A stretch of 63,575 nucleotides of DNA, the filler included, from Deltaproteobacteria bacterium (GTDB lineage: Bacteria > JACQOV01): NCBI GenBank assembly GCA_016202395.1. It is 7 parts of 7 records of this genome, joined end to end, with 100 filler letters (N's around TTAATTAATTAA, not from the genome) between each part and the next. Parts side by side here need not be neighbours in the genome. Positions count along the whole stretch, not along the records: positions 26,108 to 44,445 come from JACQOV010000079.1; 6 more parts are not named here. One strand, 5' to 3'. The translations under genes were made by a program, and so were the position numbers. The first letter of the stretch is position 1; each line of letters begins with the position of its first letter. The notes beneath the pieces were generated by a model that searched no databases, was not told where the DNA came from, and was given only the letters and a program-made list of their open reading frames with translations. Below, piece by piece: positions 31,948-42,675 of the stretch.

Positions 31948-32553
31948 TCATTTCGGATGAGTCTTAAAAAAACGCCGGCTCTCCACCAAAACAGGCCATC
32001 CTCGAACAAGGCACAGAAACACCGTAAGGCCAACAAATCCTAAAGTAATCGGCCTTAACCACAGTAAATAACCGGCATCAAAGAGCACTTGAGAGCGAAC
32101 CACAAATTCAAGGGTTAATAAGAGAAACGAAACGGTCTTAACCACACCATAAAGAGATCTCATAAAATAAGAAGAGACGACCCACCTTCCCCAAGAGGTT
32201 TTCATCATTCCGAAGGGAGTCTCCCCCTGTCCCACCACAAAACCACGCATGGCATCGACTAAAACTCCTCTGATTAAGATAATTAGTGGAACTACAAGAG
32301 GAATAGAGCCCAAATGAGCAAAGGCAACCCACAAGATATACTCCACAATTCGGTCAACAGCGATATCAAGAACCCCACCGAGACGGTTTACCTCATGCCT
32401 CTTGCGAGCCACATAGCCATCCACCGCATCGAGACTAAACAGGAGGATTAACAGGAAGAAAGCAACAAAATAGCCCACTCCTTTGGAATAACAGAGGAGC
32501 AAAAGAAAGAGCCCTAACAACCCAAGGCGACTTAGGGTAATGATATTGGCCAT
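31948..32553 (-). CDS. CDP-alcohol phosphatidyltransferase family protein (start revised)
   Basis: ANIITLSR, DAVDGYVAR....LGGVLDIAVDR signature. Confidence 0.9.
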   Translation of the reverse strand: MANIITLSRLGLLGLFLLLLCYSKGVGYFVAFFLLILLFSLDAVDGYVARKRHEVNRLGGVLDIAVDRIVEYILWVAFAHLGSIPLVVPLIILIRGVLVDAMRGFVVGQGETPFGMMKTSWGRWVVSSYFMRSLYGVVKTVSFLLLTLEFVVRSQVLFDAGYLLWLRPITLGFVGLTVFLCLVRGWPVLVESRRFFKTHPK

Positions 32554-32563
32554 AGAAGCAATC

Positions 32564-32718
32564 GCAGGCTGTTGAAAAAGTCCATCTGCTGCGTTGGCCT
32601 CCTTCAGCACTCGCTCAGCGTACGCTACAAAGTACGCTTCGCTCGGCTTTAGTCAGCCGCCTTGCAGCTGGAGCTTTTTGAACAGCCTGACAGAAAGTTG
32701 AGCTTTTCAACAACCTGC
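32564..32718. mobile_element. MITE-like element
   Basis: GCAGGCTGTTGAAAA / TTTTCAACAACCTGC termini, extra internal end CTTTTTGAACAGCCTG, core CTCAGCGTAC..GTACGC; homologous to 55499-55621. Confidence 0.75.
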
Positions 32719-32990
32719 TAGAATCGAATCTGAAAAGAGGCAAACTCACCCTTATAAGGTTCTTCATGAACCTCCACCCCCGTAACTCGCGCGGACGGAG
32801 GACCCTTGTGGCACCAAGCAATGATCTTTTGGATAGCCTCCTCCTCCCCTTCTAAAACAGCCTCCACGAAACCCTCAGGGCAATTTCGACACCACCCTTG
32901 GACCCCTTGGCGCCGAGCCTCCTCTTGAAGAGTCCCACGAAACATCACCCCTTGAACTCGGCCTCGAATCGCCAGATGTCGACGAACCAT
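32718..32990 (-). CDS. acyP: Acylphosphatase
   Basis: [24 protein letters not shown]. Confidence 0.95.
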   Translation of the reverse strand: MVRRHLAIRGRVQGVMFRGTLQEEARRQGVQGWCRNCPEGFVEAVLEGEEEAIQKIIAWCHKGPPSARVTGVEVHEEPYKGEFASFQIRF

Positions 32991-34168
32991 TATCGAGATG
33001 CCGTCACTGCGACTCTAGGAGAAACCGGCTTTCGAGAAGGAGATTTTTCCTGTCTCTTTGCCGTTGCTGCTTTTCGCACCACAAATCTTTTCTCCAAAGT
33101 GTCTAGTTTTTCGACAATCCCTCCATACTCAAGCTCACTGTAAGGGAGCATCGCAATCCCAGAAAAACCCTGCTGACGCAGCTCAATGGCTTTGCGTGAA
33201 ACACGGTCCCGCACATAATTCCAAAAGGGATGGCTAAAGATATCGGCAGGTTCTGTTAGAATTCCTTCATGAACGCAGAAAGCGAGGCAGCTTACCAAAG
33301 GAGGACCATCAAAGAAGGTAACCGATGTGTTAATCCCCACAGGCATCAAAGGCCCGGTGTGACTCCCTCTCATGAAGCCCGCGACATAATGCCCGATTTG
33401 ATAGGGGGAGGTCATCTCTCCCGCGGCAGGGAATGCCCCTTGAACTCGAACCAGCGCGATCGGATCATCCTTCCCCGTATACTTCCCCGCAATGTTGCGC
33501 AGTCGTGTGGTGGAGACAGCAGCCGCTTGATCCCCTGTGTCGCGCGAATAGATCCCTTCGATCACAAAGCGTTCGTTGTCCCGCAATAACGCGGCAAGAT
33601 CATAAAGCTCGTCAGGAACATTGAGAGAGATCACTCGATCGGCCTCGGTGTACTCCACATCCATCACGTCGAACCGAAACCCCTTGCTCATCTTAGGGCT
33701 CAAAATTAAACCGGAACAGTGCATCGGATCGGCAAAGGAAAGATAGAGCGGAAGATTGTAGGCCCCGGGATCGGTCTTATCAGCAGCATAAATTAAGAAA
33801 GGCTCGTTGGGACGCTCTTCAAACTCCATCTCCGCCACAGCCGGCCCCATCCCCCGGATATTTCCAGAAAAGGCATCCTTCAAAAGGTCTTGCCCCGCTC
33901 CATAAAGCCCTTGCTTTTTGGCCATCCCTGTCCCTTCTATAAAGGCGTTCCAAGCCAGCTTGTGAACTTTTTCATCCTCAACACCTCGATCGTGAGTCAT
34001 TAAAATCGCAATATCATCTCCGGTAGAAGAAACATAAGAGTCGATGATCGTTTTATTCTTTTCACGGGCAACAAAATTACGAACCGTTTCGATCAATGCT
34101 GAACTGGGCACAATGTGCCCTCCAATCGATCCAACGTCCGCTTTGATAACACTCACAGTAACTTTCAT
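32990..34168 (-). CDS. fbp: Bifunctional fructose-1,6-bisphosphate aldolase/phosphatase (class V)
   Basis: [43 protein letters not shown]. Confidence 0.95.
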   Translation of the reverse strand: MKVTVSVIKADVGSIGGHIVPSSALIETVRNFVAREKNKTIIDSYVSSTGDDIAILMTHDRGVEDEKVHKLAWNAFIEGTGMAKKQGLYGAGQDLLKDAFSGNIRGMGPAVAEMEFEERPNEPFLIYAADKTDPGAYNLPLYLSFADPMHCSGLILSPKMSKGFRFDVMDVEYTEADRVISLNVPDELYDLAALLRDNERFVIEGIYSRDTGDQAAAVSTTRLRNIAGKYTGKDDPIALVRVQGAFPAAGEMTSPYQIGHYVAGFMRGSHTGPLMPVGINTSVTFFDGPPLVSCLAFCVHEGILTEPADIFSHPFWNYVRDRVSRKAIELRQQGFSGIAMLPYSELEYGGIVEKLDTLEKRFVVRKAATAKRQEKSPSRKPVSPRVAVTASR

Positions 34169-34297
34169 AGCCCCTCCTTCAATCGCAAAATGTTGTTAAT
34201 GACGCCGTTTGTTAAACTGTACCAGTACATAGCACAATTGTTTTCTACCCGCAACCAATCTTGACCTCCCTTTTCACTCGATATAGTCTCATACTCC

Positions 34298-35065
34298 ATG
34301 GAAGATCGGTCTGTTGAATATCTGGCCTTTGAACATTTGGTCGAAATCGTAAGGCGACTCCGAAAGGAATGCCCTTGGGATCGAGAACAAACCTTTGAGA
34401 GCGTGAAAAGTTGCGTGTTGGAAGAGGCCTATGAAGTGATTGACGCCTTGAGCGGGAAAGGGGATCTTCCAGAGGAACTCGGCGATTTGCTGTTGCAACC
34501 CCTTTTTATCACGGCGATGGCTGAAGAGAAAGGGGTGTTCGGTCTCGATAAGGTCATCCATCACATTGCAGACAAACTCGTCCGAAGACACCCCCACGTC
34601 TTTGGAGAAGGAAAAGCTAAAAATGCGGAGGAAGTCCTTCAGAAATGGGCATCCCTCAAACGACAAGAGAAAGGAGCGGAAGGATCCCATTTAGATGGAG
34701 TCCCTTCAACGGCCCCTACCCTTCTCAAAGCCTATCGTCTTTCGCAAAAGGCCTCTCGCGCCGGATTCGATTGGCCCGATCGCGAATCAGTTCGTGATAA
34801 ATGTGAGGAGGAATGGAGGGAGTTGTTGGAATCCTGGAAAGGATCTCGAGAAGAGTTAGAAGAAGAGCTGGGGGATCTTCTTTTTACGCTCTGCAATCTT
34901 GCCCGCTTTTCAAAGATTGATCCGGAGCAAGCCCTCGAGAAAGCCTGTCAGAAATTCTCTCAACGTTTTCGTCAGATGGAAAAGAGGGCTCTGGAGCAAG
35001 GGCAAGATCTGAAAGATCTCTCCCCTCAAGCGCTCGACACCCTGTGGAACCAATCGAAATCTTAA
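34298..35065 (+). CDS. mazG: Nucleoside triphosphate pyrophosphohydrolase
   Basis: CPWDREQT, EEAYEV, EELGDLL, RRHPHVF, GFDW. Confidence 0.95.
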   Translation: MEDRSVEYLAFEHLVEIVRRLRKECPWDREQTFESVKSCVLEEAYEVIDALSGKGDLPEELGDLLLQPLFITAMAEEKGVFGLDKVIHHIADKLVRRHPHVFGEGKAKNAEEVLQKWASLKRQEKGAEGSHLDGVPSTAPTLLKAYRLSQKASRAGFDWPDRESVRDKCEEEWRELLESWKGSREELEEELGDLLFTLCNLARFSKIDPEQALEKACQKFSQRFRQMEKRALEQGQDLKDLSPQALDTLWNQSKS

Positions 35066-35096
35066 GGGCACCTCAACCCTTATGAAAACTTTGAGG

Positions 35097-36098
35097 TCAC
35101 AAGCCCAATGTTTTGAGTTTGTATCGGAGGCCTCGGGGGGTAATCCCGAGTTTATGAGCCGCCAGACTCTTGCTGTGCCCGGTCATGAGAAGGGCCTTCT
35201 GAACCAGCCTCTTCTCCAAACTCCTCCGGTGGTTCCCAAGATGCAGAGAACCCTGGAGAAAGGATTCCGTTGGAAACCCTCCATCCAACTGTGGCTCCCA
35301 ATGATCGAGCCCCAACGTCTCCCCCTCTTCTACAATACAGGCCCTCTCCAGCAAATTCTTGAGCTCTCGAACGTTGCCAGGCCAGGGGTAGTTTTCGAGT
35401 TTCTCCAGGGCAGATCCAGCAATAGACTTTTTGAGAATCCCACGCCTGCCTTGCAACTCTTGCAAAATGGAGGCCACCAGATAGGGAATATCCTCCTTAC
35501 GTTCTCGTAACGGAGGAACCTCAATGGGAAAAACATTGAGTCGATAATACAGATCCTCCCGAAACTCCCCTTTCAACACCGCCTCCCTCAGATCCTGATT
35601 GGAGGCGGCAATGAATCGAGAATTGATCTTGGTGACCTGTGAGCTCCCCAACCTCAAAACTTCCTTCTCTTGGATCACCCGCAACAGACGAACCTGCCCC
35701 CCCAGATCCATCGTCCCAATCTCGTCCAGAAATAGGGTGCCCCCTCGAGCCATCTCCACCTTCCCCCCGCGGCTGACCACTGCTCCTGTAAAAGCCCCCC
35801 TCTCATATCCAAAAAGCTCACTCTCTAGGAGCTCTCGGGGAATGGCCCCACAATGAACTGGAACAAAGGGCCCTCGACCTCGAGCGCTCTTCTCATGGAT
35901 CGCTCGAGCAATCAGCTCCTTGCCCACTCCACTCTCTCCTTGCAACAATACGTTGCATTCAAACGGAGAAACCTGGAGTACCTGCTCTGCCACCCGTCGC
36001 ATCGCGGAACTCACGGTCACCAAACCCGGAAGCAAAGAGACCTGCGGCAAAGCCTCGATCCTGGAATCCATGACAGACTCCCTCTTAACATGCTCCAT
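35097..36098 (-). CDS. sigma54-dependent enhancer-binding protein lacking N-terminal regulatory domain
   Basis: GESGVGKE, GAFTGA, LFLDE, FREDLYYRLNV, WPGNVREL, Fis-type HTH; only ~25 aa before AAA+ domain. Confidence 0.93.
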   Translation of the reverse strand: MEHVKRESVMDSRIEALPQVSLLPGLVTVSSAMRRVAEQVLQVSPFECNVLLQGESGVGKELIARAIHEKSARGRGPFVPVHCGAIPRELLESELFGYERGAFTGAVVSRGGKVEMARGGTLFLDEIGTMDLGGQVRLLRVIQEKEVLRLGSSQVTKINSRFIAASNQDLREAVLKGEFREDLYYRLNVFPIEVPPLRERKEDIPYLVASILQELQGRRGILKKSIAGSALEKLENYPWPGNVRELKNLLERACIVEEGETLGLDHWEPQLDGGFPTESFLQGSLHLGNHRRSLEKRLVQKALLMTGHSKSLAAHKLGITPRGLRYKLKTLGL

Positions 36099-36143
36099 CG
36101 GACACCCCCTCTCTCTATGCTATGAGTTTTGAGGAGATACCTA

Positions 36144-36159
36144 TGCAAAAACCATGCCA
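36144..36159 (-). promoter_or_regulatory. sigma54 -24/-12 promoter of the bEBP gene
   Basis: Minus strand TGGCATGGTTTTTGCA: GG-N10-GC. Confidence 0.8.
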
Positions 36160-36246
36160 AAATAGAGGCCCAAACCACTTTTTCTAACTACATGAAAATA
36201 AAACAGATTTTATTCCCACCCTCCAGGAGTAAAACGGAAAATAAAG

Positions 36247-36293
36247 ACCTTGTAACAGATCTGTTACAAGGTTTGTAACAGATCTGTTACAAA
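36247..36293. promoter_or_regulatory. Tandem perfect palindromes TTGTAACAGATCTGTTACAA x2 (candidate enhancer)
   Basis: Two 20-bp palindromes 90-135 bp upstream of the sigma54 promoter; also directly after murJ stop. Confidence 0.55.
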
Positions 36294-36300
36294 ATCCTCA

Positions 36301-37842
36301 TTAGCCCCTCCTCGAAAGATACTGCCTCAGCTCACCAAGTTCGGGAGACCGAAACAACCGATTCAGGGCAATAAAGGCGACAACGCCAAGACTGATCACT
36401 CCGAGCAGCCCCCAGGGGGTTGAGGCGTCCCAAAAAATGGTGCCACCCCAAACAGACAATCCCATCACAAACGCGATGAAAGTCGTCTTGAGCAACCACT
36501 TCCAAAGAGGGGACCAAACCGAGAGGGCATGCCTTTGTTTCAGGGCGCGCGTAAGAATGACGAGCTGAAAGGTCACAGATAAGGTTGTGGCTAAAGCGAG
36601 CCCGGTGTGTCCCATTGTAAACATCAGAGCCACGCTCAAAACGAGGTTAAGGAGAAACGTATAAAAAGCGATCCGAACGGGAGCCCTCATCTCTTGGTAG
36701 GCATAGAACGACTGAACTAAGACCCGCACCGCTCCTAAGGGGACAAGCCCCAAGGCGTAGGCCCAGAGGGCTGAGGCCGTTTTTTCAGTCATGGCTGCCG
36801 TAAAAAGCCCGCGCTCGAAGAGGACCTTGGAGATCGGCTGAGCCAGCAGTACCAGCCCGATGGTTGCCGGAATCGTCACCCATAAAACCATTCGAAGGGA
36901 GTAAGAGAGGGCCTCTTCAACCCCCGCGTGATCCTTCTGGGCCACCTTTCGAGAAAGGGTGGGCAAAGCCGCCGTGGCAATGGCAATGACGAAAACTCCT
37001 TGAACTACCTCAAAAACGCGCCCGGAATACCAAAGGTAAGAGATGGACCCTTCTTCCAACCAGGAGGCTAGAAAAGTGGTTACCAAGATGTTCAACTGAT
37101 AAACGGCGGTTCCAAAAACAGAGGGCCCCATCAATCGAAGGATCTTGCGAACCGCGGAATGGCGAAGATCGCAATGCCACCGAAACCCAAGGTTCATCTT
37201 TTCCAAAGGGGGAATCTGGATGACAAATTGGAGGATGCCTCCCACAAGAACCGCAACCCCCAATGAAACGATCGGAGGGACAAAGAAGGAGTAACCCACA
37301 AGAGGGATCGCGATCATCGAGAGATTCAGCAAAACGGGGGCAAACGCGGGGGAGGAGAAATGATTGACACTATTCAAAACCCCCATCGCTAAGGCCATGA
37401 GAGAAACTAAAAGAAGATAAGGGAACATCACCCGATTTAGGAAAACGGTGAGTTCGAATTTCTGAGGATCGGCTGCAAACCCCGGGGCAAAAATATGGAT
37501 CAAGAATGGGCTAAAGAGGATGCCTAACACCACAAGGGCGATAAGAAAAACCGCGGCCACACTGAAAACAGCATGGACCATCTTGCGAGTCTCTTCCTCG
37601 GTGTGGGAGGTTCGGTATTCCGAAAAGACAGGGATAAAAGCAACGGTGAGAGATCCTTCGGCGAGGAGTCTACGAAAAAGGTTGGGGATTCGGAAGGCAA
37701 CAAAAAAGGCATCAGTCGCCATGCCGGCGCCAAAGAGATAGGCGACGACCCCCTCCCGAATTAACCCGGTAATTCGGCTCAGAAGGGTAAAAACCCCCAT
37801 GATCCCCGCCGCCCGACTGATCTCTCTTTTCGTATGACTCAC
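36301..37842 (-). CDS. murJ: Lipid II flippase MurJ
   Basis: SRITGLIRE, DAFFVAFRIPNLFRRLLAEG, multiple TM helices. Confidence 0.96.
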   Translation of the reverse strand: MSHTKREISRAAGIMGVFTLLSRITGLIREGVVAYLFGAGMATDAFFVAFRIPNLFRRLLAEGSLTVAFIPVFSEYRTSHTEEETRKMVHAVFSVAAVFLIALVVLGILFSPFLIHIFAPGFAADPQKFELTVFLNRVMFPYLLLVSLMALAMGVLNSVNHFSSPAFAPVLLNLSMIAIPLVGYSFFVPPIVSLGVAVLVGGILQFVIQIPPLEKMNLGFRWHCDLRHSAVRKILRLMGPSVFGTAVYQLNILVTTFLASWLEEGSISYLWYSGRVFEVVQGVFVIAIATAALPTLSRKVAQKDHAGVEEALSYSLRMVLWVTIPATIGLVLLAQPISKVLFERGLFTAAMTEKTASALWAYALGLVPLGAVRVLVQSFYAYQEMRAPVRIAFYTFLLNLVLSVALMFTMGHTGLALATTLSVTFQLVILTRALKQRHALSVWSPLWKWLLKTTFIAFVMGLSVWGGTIFWDASTPWGLLGVISLGVVAFIALNRLFRSPELGELRQYLSRRG

Positions 37843-37856
37843 ACCACCTCCATATT

Positions 37857-38044
37857 ATTCGCTGGGATGTTTTTTCTCACTCTCTCACGAAATTTTTGAC
37901 CCATCTAAGGCTCGGTCGCTCGATTTCTGAACTCGGCCTTCGGCCTCAAACAGCAGAAATCGGCCCTTCGGGCACGCTCCCTTCGCCAAGACGGGTGCCC
38001 CAAAAATTTCGTAACGTTCGTTCCCAAAAAACATCCCAGCGAAT
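37857..38044. repeat. Long hairpin repeat family A, copy 2
   Basis: Homologous to 30895-31088 with compensatory changes. Confidence 0.9.
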
Positions 38045-38127
38045 CCATGGAACCGAAAAAGGTATGGAAAATTCAAAGCGGTGACTCGCTCTAGGGAGCG
38101 GGTACCCACCTCCACAAACAGCTCTTC

Positions 38128-38230
38128 TTGTTTGGTCTCGCGGGTGGCATGGGGTGGGGGACCCCCAGGCGCGCGGACTGTGGAGCACGCCTGGGGGAAG
38201 CCCCATGACAGGACCCGCGAGACCAAACAA
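38128..38230. repeat. Hairpin repeat family B, copy 3
   Basis: TTGTTTGGTCTCGCGGGT / ACCCGCGAGACCAAACAA arms. Confidence 0.9.
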
Positions 38231-38268
38231 CTTGACTTCTTTGAATGAATTGTCTACAAACATCCATC

Positions 38269-38541
38269 ATGTTACGACATCCTTCGGCTCAAAAACGACA
38301 TCGCCAAAGCCTAAGACGAAGAACCCGAAATGAGCGGGTTCGCTCTCAAATCAAGTCTGCGCGTAAAAAACTGCAGCGCCTCCTTGAAACTAAAGGCTCT
38401 CCAGAACTTGCGCAAGCCCTAAAAGAGGCCATCAAAAACGTTTCCAAAGCCGCCTCCAAAAAAGTCATCCATAAACGAAAAGCAGCTAGGCTAATCTCTC
38501 GAATGACTCGTAAGGCGAATCTCATCTCAAAAGCAGTTTAA
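38269..38541 (+). CDS. rpsT: 30S ribosomal protein S20
   Basis: HPSAQKRHRQS..RR.RN, KAASKKVIHKRKAAR; murJ-rpsT-holA context. Confidence 0.93.
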   Translation: MLRHPSAQKRHRQSLRRRTRNERVRSQIKSARKKLQRLLETKGSPELAQALKEAIKNVSKAASKKVIHKRKAARLISRMTRKANLISKAV

Positions 38542-38546
38542 TCTTT

Positions 38547-39506
38547 TTAGCGTCCAAGTTCTAACAACAAATACTCCAAAGCCAGCTTTGGAGAAACTCG
38601 GCTCGACTTCATCCTTAAATCGGCCTCGAAACAAAGGGACAGAGCATCCTCGGAAAACCCGCTACCGAACTTTTGCAACTGTTCTTCTAACTTCGAAACT
38701 ACAAACGGAGGAATCCCCAACTCCGTGGGCCATTGTGTTCTTGGAATTGAGCGAGCCCTTAGCTCTTGCGCTCTCGAGAGAAGTCGAAATTGCCGTTCCA
38801 TTAAAGTGAGAATCTGCAAAGGATGAACCCCTTGCTCTAACACCTCCTCCGAAACAGCGATGGCTCGGGAACGATCCTTCATGGCAACCGCATCCACTAA
38901 AACAAAGATCGATTCTCGAGGGATAGAGGTCACGAGCGGTTCCACGTCTTTCTCTTCGATGGAAACTCGATCTCCCACAAAAAGAATCAGTTTCTCGAGC
39001 TCGTTTTGGAGCAAGCGCAGATGACTGCCCACCTCCTCCACTAAAAGCTGAGCGGCTTCTCGACTCATGCGCTTCCCCAATTTCTCCGCTTGGCATGAAA
39101 GCCAAGCCACGACCTCTCCCCCTTTGAGAGAAGAGAGCTCCACAAGGCCTTGACCACGACGCAGCCCTTGAAAAAACCGAAGACGGAGATCTGGTTTCTC
39201 ACCCGAAAGGATTAGGAGTGTGTGAGGTTGTGGAGAGCCTGCATAGCGGGTGAGCTCTTCCAACAGAATACTTTTAAGTCGATCGGCTCTTTGGATCCAA
39301 ACGACGCGATGGGAGGTTCCCATAGGAAGGCTTTGAACCGAGCGCCAAAAAGATTCAACGGTTAAAACCTCTGCATCCAAAACCTCCAGATTAAAATCAC
39401 GAAAGCCTGAAGGGAGGGCTAGATCCGTCTCTTTTTGAATCGCCTCTCGAACGAGCCACTCTTCGCCATAAAAATATCGAACCAAACTGTGTTTTTTCCC
39501 TTCCAT
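38547..39506 (-). CDS. holA: DNA polymerase III delta subunit
   Basis: YFYGEE, DFNLE, NELEKL.LF; leuS-lptE-holA order. Confidence 0.9.
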   Translation of the reverse strand: MEGKKHSLVRYFYGEEWLVREAIQKETDLALPSGFRDFNLEVLDAEVLTVESFWRSVQSLPMGTSHRVVWIQRADRLKSILLEELTRYAGSPQPHTLLILSGEKPDLRLRFFQGLRRGQGLVELSSLKGGEVVAWLSCQAEKLGKRMSREAAQLLVEEVGSHLRLLQNELEKLILFVGDRVSIEEKDVEPLVTSIPRESIFVLVDAVAMKDRSRAIAVSEEVLEQGVHPLQILTLMERQFRLLSRAQELRARSIPRTQWPTELGIPPFVVSKLEEQLQKFGSGFSEDALSLCFEADLRMKSSRVSPKLALEYLLLELGR

Positions 39507-39523
39507 ATCTACTAACTATTTGC

Positions 39524-39581
39524 TGTCATTCCCGTGAAAACGGGAATCCAGTTCTGGATCCCCGCTTTCGCGGGGATGACA
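39524..39581. repeat. REP-like palindromic doublet
   Basis: TGTCATTCCCGTGAAAACGGGAATCCAG / CTGGATCCCCGCTTTCGCGGGGATGACA. Confidence 0.85.
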
Positions 39582-39583
39582 AC

Positions 39584-40141
39584 TCAAAAATCAAGTTGGA
39601 TACTCTCCCGAGCCTCCTTCATCAACCGTTGAACCAATCTTTTCGCCGCCTCTTGCTCATTATCTTCAGTCCGCAAAAGGGTGTCGGCCAGATCATACCG
39701 TTCCTCCCCGTCAAAAGTTCCATGCCAGATCGTTTTCCCCTTTCGATCTTGAAGTTCCAATTCAACCTCCATCACAAGAGCAAAGGCCAACACCGAGGTC
39801 TGCCCTTCTACAAAAGTTGTGGGGGCTGCCTCATATCTCGTAACACCCCCTAAAAGAATCCCCTGGGCCTCTTCTCGAGGAACGATCTCCCAAGAAGGGG
39901 AAAGACGAAATTCATCTCGCAAGGCCTCCGTTGCGGTTAACTCCACACCGGTTTTTAAGGTGATATTTTGGAGAAGAGGGATCGCTATTCGCTCGATCCC
40001 TTGAGGATTTCCCCCTATCTGACTCACCATCTGATATCCACACCCCCCCACCACCAACAAGATGATGCCAAAACAAGCTGGAATATTTTTTGAGCGAACG
40101 CCCGCTCGAAAAACATTCCAGCGATCGTAATGTGTTGTCAT
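39584..40141 (-). CDS. lptE: LPS assembly lipoprotein LptE
   Basis: Lipobox GGCGY; between leuS and holA. Confidence 0.8.
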   Translation of the reverse strand: MTTHYDRWNVFRAGVRSKNIPACFGIILLVVGGCGYQMVSQIGGNPQGIERIAIPLLQNITLKTGVELTATEALRDEFRLSPSWEIVPREEAQGILLGGVTRYEAAPTTFVEGQTSVLAFALVMEVELELQDRKGKTIWHGTFDGEERYDLADTLLRTEDNEQEAAKRLVQRLMKEARESIQLDF

Positions 40142-42618
40142 CTTCGCACCACAATATTTAAGAGCCGTCCTGGCACCAAAACTACCTTCTCAATCCTCAT
40201 CCCCTGAATCGATTGAACCACCTTCTCTTCCCCCAAAGCGATCTCTCGCACCCTCTCCTCCGAAAATCCCACAGGAACTTGGATGCGGGCACGAACTTTT
40301 CCGTTCACCTGAACAGCCAACGTTTGCATCTCTTCAACTACCGCCGAGGGATCCACTTCCAACCAACCACTGTGAACAATAAACTTCTTGTGCCCCAAAC
40401 GAGCCCACAACTCTTCTGCGATGTGAGGAGCCAATGGGGCCAACAATTTCGATAAGACCTCCAAACTCCATCGGAAAAGCCTTTTGTCGGGATCGGAGAT
40501 TGAAGCGGCAGAGGCAAAAAGGTAGAGGGCATTCACAAGTTCCATAATCGCCGCTAATGCGGTGTTAAAATGATAGCGACGTCCCACATCGTCGGTAACC
40601 TTTTGGATGGTTTGATGAGCCTTACGATAGATCTCGATCCCCTGTGAAGAGAGATCTTTTACGGGAACTGGCCCCACCTCCTTCCAAAGAGATTCCTGAT
40701 CGATCACCAGTCGCCAAACCCGTTGCAAGAAACGAGAAGCCCCTTGAACCCCTTGATCACTCCAATCGAGGTCTTTTTCTGGAGGGGCCGCGAAGAGACA
40801 AAAAACTCGAACCGTATCGGCTCCAAAACGAGAGATCATGTCATCAGGATCGACAATGTTCCCCTTGGACTTACTCATCTTCGCCCCATCTTTAATCACC
40901 ATCCCCTGGGTGAGGAGATTCTGAAAGGGCTCATCAAGGCGAATGTAACCGAGGTCTCGAAGAACTTTGGTGAAAAACCGAGCGTACAAAAGATGAAGAA
41001 CGGCGTGCTCAATCCCGCCAATGTACTGATCGACCGGAAGCCAGGAGTGAACAGAATCGGGATCCAGTGGCCCTTTGTTGTAATCGGGACAGGCATAGCG
41101 CGCAAAGTACCAGGAAGATTCTACAAAGGTATCCATGGTATCCGTTTCCCGGCGTCCCTTTTTTCCGCATCGCGGACAAGTTGCAGAAATAAAATTGGGA
41201 TGAGAGGCTAAAGGGGACTCCCCTTTTCCCGTAAAAGCAACGTCGGTTGGCAAAGCGACCGGAAGATCTTTCTCAGGAACAGGGACCATTCCGCAGGTAT
41301 CACAATAAATGATCGGGATGGGGGATCCCCAGTAACGTTGTCGAGAGATCCCCCAATCACGGAGCCGGTACTGAACTTTCTTCTGCCCCCATCCTTTGGA
41401 TTCCAGATACTCCACAATTTTTTTCTTGGCCTCCTCACTAGCGATTCCTGTGAAAGGGCCCGAGTTGGCAAGGATCCCCTCCCCTTCATAAGCCGTTTGC
41501 ATTGTCTCCTCTCTAAAAGACTCTCCTTGAGGTTGAATCACAACCCGAAGTGGAAGACGATGCTGCCTAGCAAATTCGAAATCCCTTTGATCGTGGGTCG
41601 GCACCGCCATAATCGCCCCGGTTCCATACTCCATCAGGACAAAGGTTGCAATGTAAACAGGAACCTTCTCTTGTGTGAGAGGGTTAATCGCATAGAGACC
41701 ACTGAAGATCCCCTCTTTAGAGGTTTGAGTCTCTATGCGAGCCTGACGGTCTTTCGATTGAGATCTCTTTACGAAATCAGCAATTCTGGAGTCCTTTTGC
41801 GCCAGATCTTTTACAATAGGATGTTCCGGGGCAATGCTCATGAATGTGACACCATAGAGTGTGTCGGGGCGAGTCGTAAAAATTCTTAAAGCATCCGAAC
41901 GGTTGACCAAAGGGAATCCCACCTCGGCTCCAACGCTTTTTCCGATCCAGTTCTTCTGCATCGTTAGGACCCGTTCCGGCCACCCTCGAAGTTGATCACA
42001 ACCCTGAAGAAGCTCCTCCGCGTAAGCCGTAATCCGGAAAAACCATTGCTCGAGCTCTTTCTGAATGACGGGTGTAGAGCACCGCCAGCAAACTCCCCCT
42101 TCCACCTGCTCATTGGCCAACACCGTTTGGCATTGAGAACACCAATTCACATAGGAGCGGCTCCGATACGCAAGCCCCTTCTCCAACATTCGAATGAAAA
42201 AGAGCTGCTCCCATCGATAGTAAGAAGGATCCGAGGTCGCAAATTCGCGGCTCCAATCATAAGAGAATCCCATCCTCTTCATCTGAGATCGCATGTAGTC
42301 GATGTTTTGACGGGTCCATTTTGCGGGATGAATCCCTCTTTCGATGGCAGCATTCTCTGCAGGAAGCCCAAAGGCGTCCCATCCCATGGGATGAAGAACG
42401 GCGCGCCCATTCATCCCATGGTAGCGCGCAATGACATCTCCGATGGTGTAGTTGCGAACATGCCCCATGTGGATGCGGCCCGAGGGATAGGGAAACATCT
42501 CAAGGCAATAGAAAGAATTTTCAGGCGCCAAACGAGGGGCCTTAAAAACTTGCTCCTTTTCCCATCGCTCCTGCCAATGGGCCTCTATCTCCCCCGGAAG
42601 ATACTCGTTGGAAGACAT
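40138..42618 (-). CDS. leuS: Leucine--tRNA ligase
   Basis: MFPYPSG.IHMGH, KMSKS, editing domain FTTRPDT. Confidence 0.98.
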   Translation of the reverse strand: MSSNEYLPGEIEAHWQERWEKEQVFKAPRLAPENSFYCLEMFPYPSGRIHMGHVRNYTIGDVIARYHGMNGRAVLHPMGWDAFGLPAENAAIERGIHPAKWTRQNIDYMRSQMKRMGFSYDWSREFATSDPSYYRWEQLFFIRMLEKGLAYRSRSYVNWCSQCQTVLANEQVEGGVCWRCSTPVIQKELEQWFFRITAYAEELLQGCDQLRGWPERVLTMQKNWIGKSVGAEVGFPLVNRSDALRIFTTRPDTLYGVTFMSIAPEHPIVKDLAQKDSRIADFVKRSQSKDRQARIETQTSKEGIFSGLYAINPLTQEKVPVYIATFVLMEYGTGAIMAVPTHDQRDFEFARQHRLPLRVVIQPQGESFREETMQTAYEGEGILANSGPFTGIASEEAKKKIVEYLESKGWGQKKVQYRLRDWGISRQRYWGSPIPIIYCDTCGMVPVPEKDLPVALPTDVAFTGKGESPLASHPNFISATCPRCGKKGRRETDTMDTFVESSWYFARYACPDYNKGPLDPDSVHSWLPVDQYIGGIEHAVLHLLYARFFTKVLRDLGYIRLDEPFQNLLTQGMVIKDGAKMSKSKGNIVDPDDMISRFGADTVRVFCLFAAPPEKDLDWSDQGVQGASRFLQRVWRLVIDQESLWKEVGPVPVKDLSSQGIEIYRKAHQTIQKVTDDVGRRYHFNTALAAIMELVNALYLFASAASISDPDKRLFRWSLEVLSKLLAPLAPHIAEELWARLGHKKFIVHSGWLEVDPSAVVEEMQTLAVQVNGKVRARIQVPVGFSEERVREIALGEEKVVQSIQGMRIEKVVLVPGRLLNIVVRR

Positions 42619-42623
42619 AGATT

Positions 42624-42675
42624 CCCCTCACCCTCCCCTCTCCCCGCAATGCGGGGAGAGGGTTAGGGTGAGGGG
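42624..42675. repeat. REP-like palindrome overlapping gmk 3' end
   Basis: CCCCTCACCCT..CTCTCCCCGCA-A-TGCGGGGAGAG..AGGGTGAGGGG. Confidence 0.88.

Noticed and set aside
35064-35081. TAAGGGCACCTC after mazG stop as MITE scar
   Set aside because: Only ~12 bp match; could be chance
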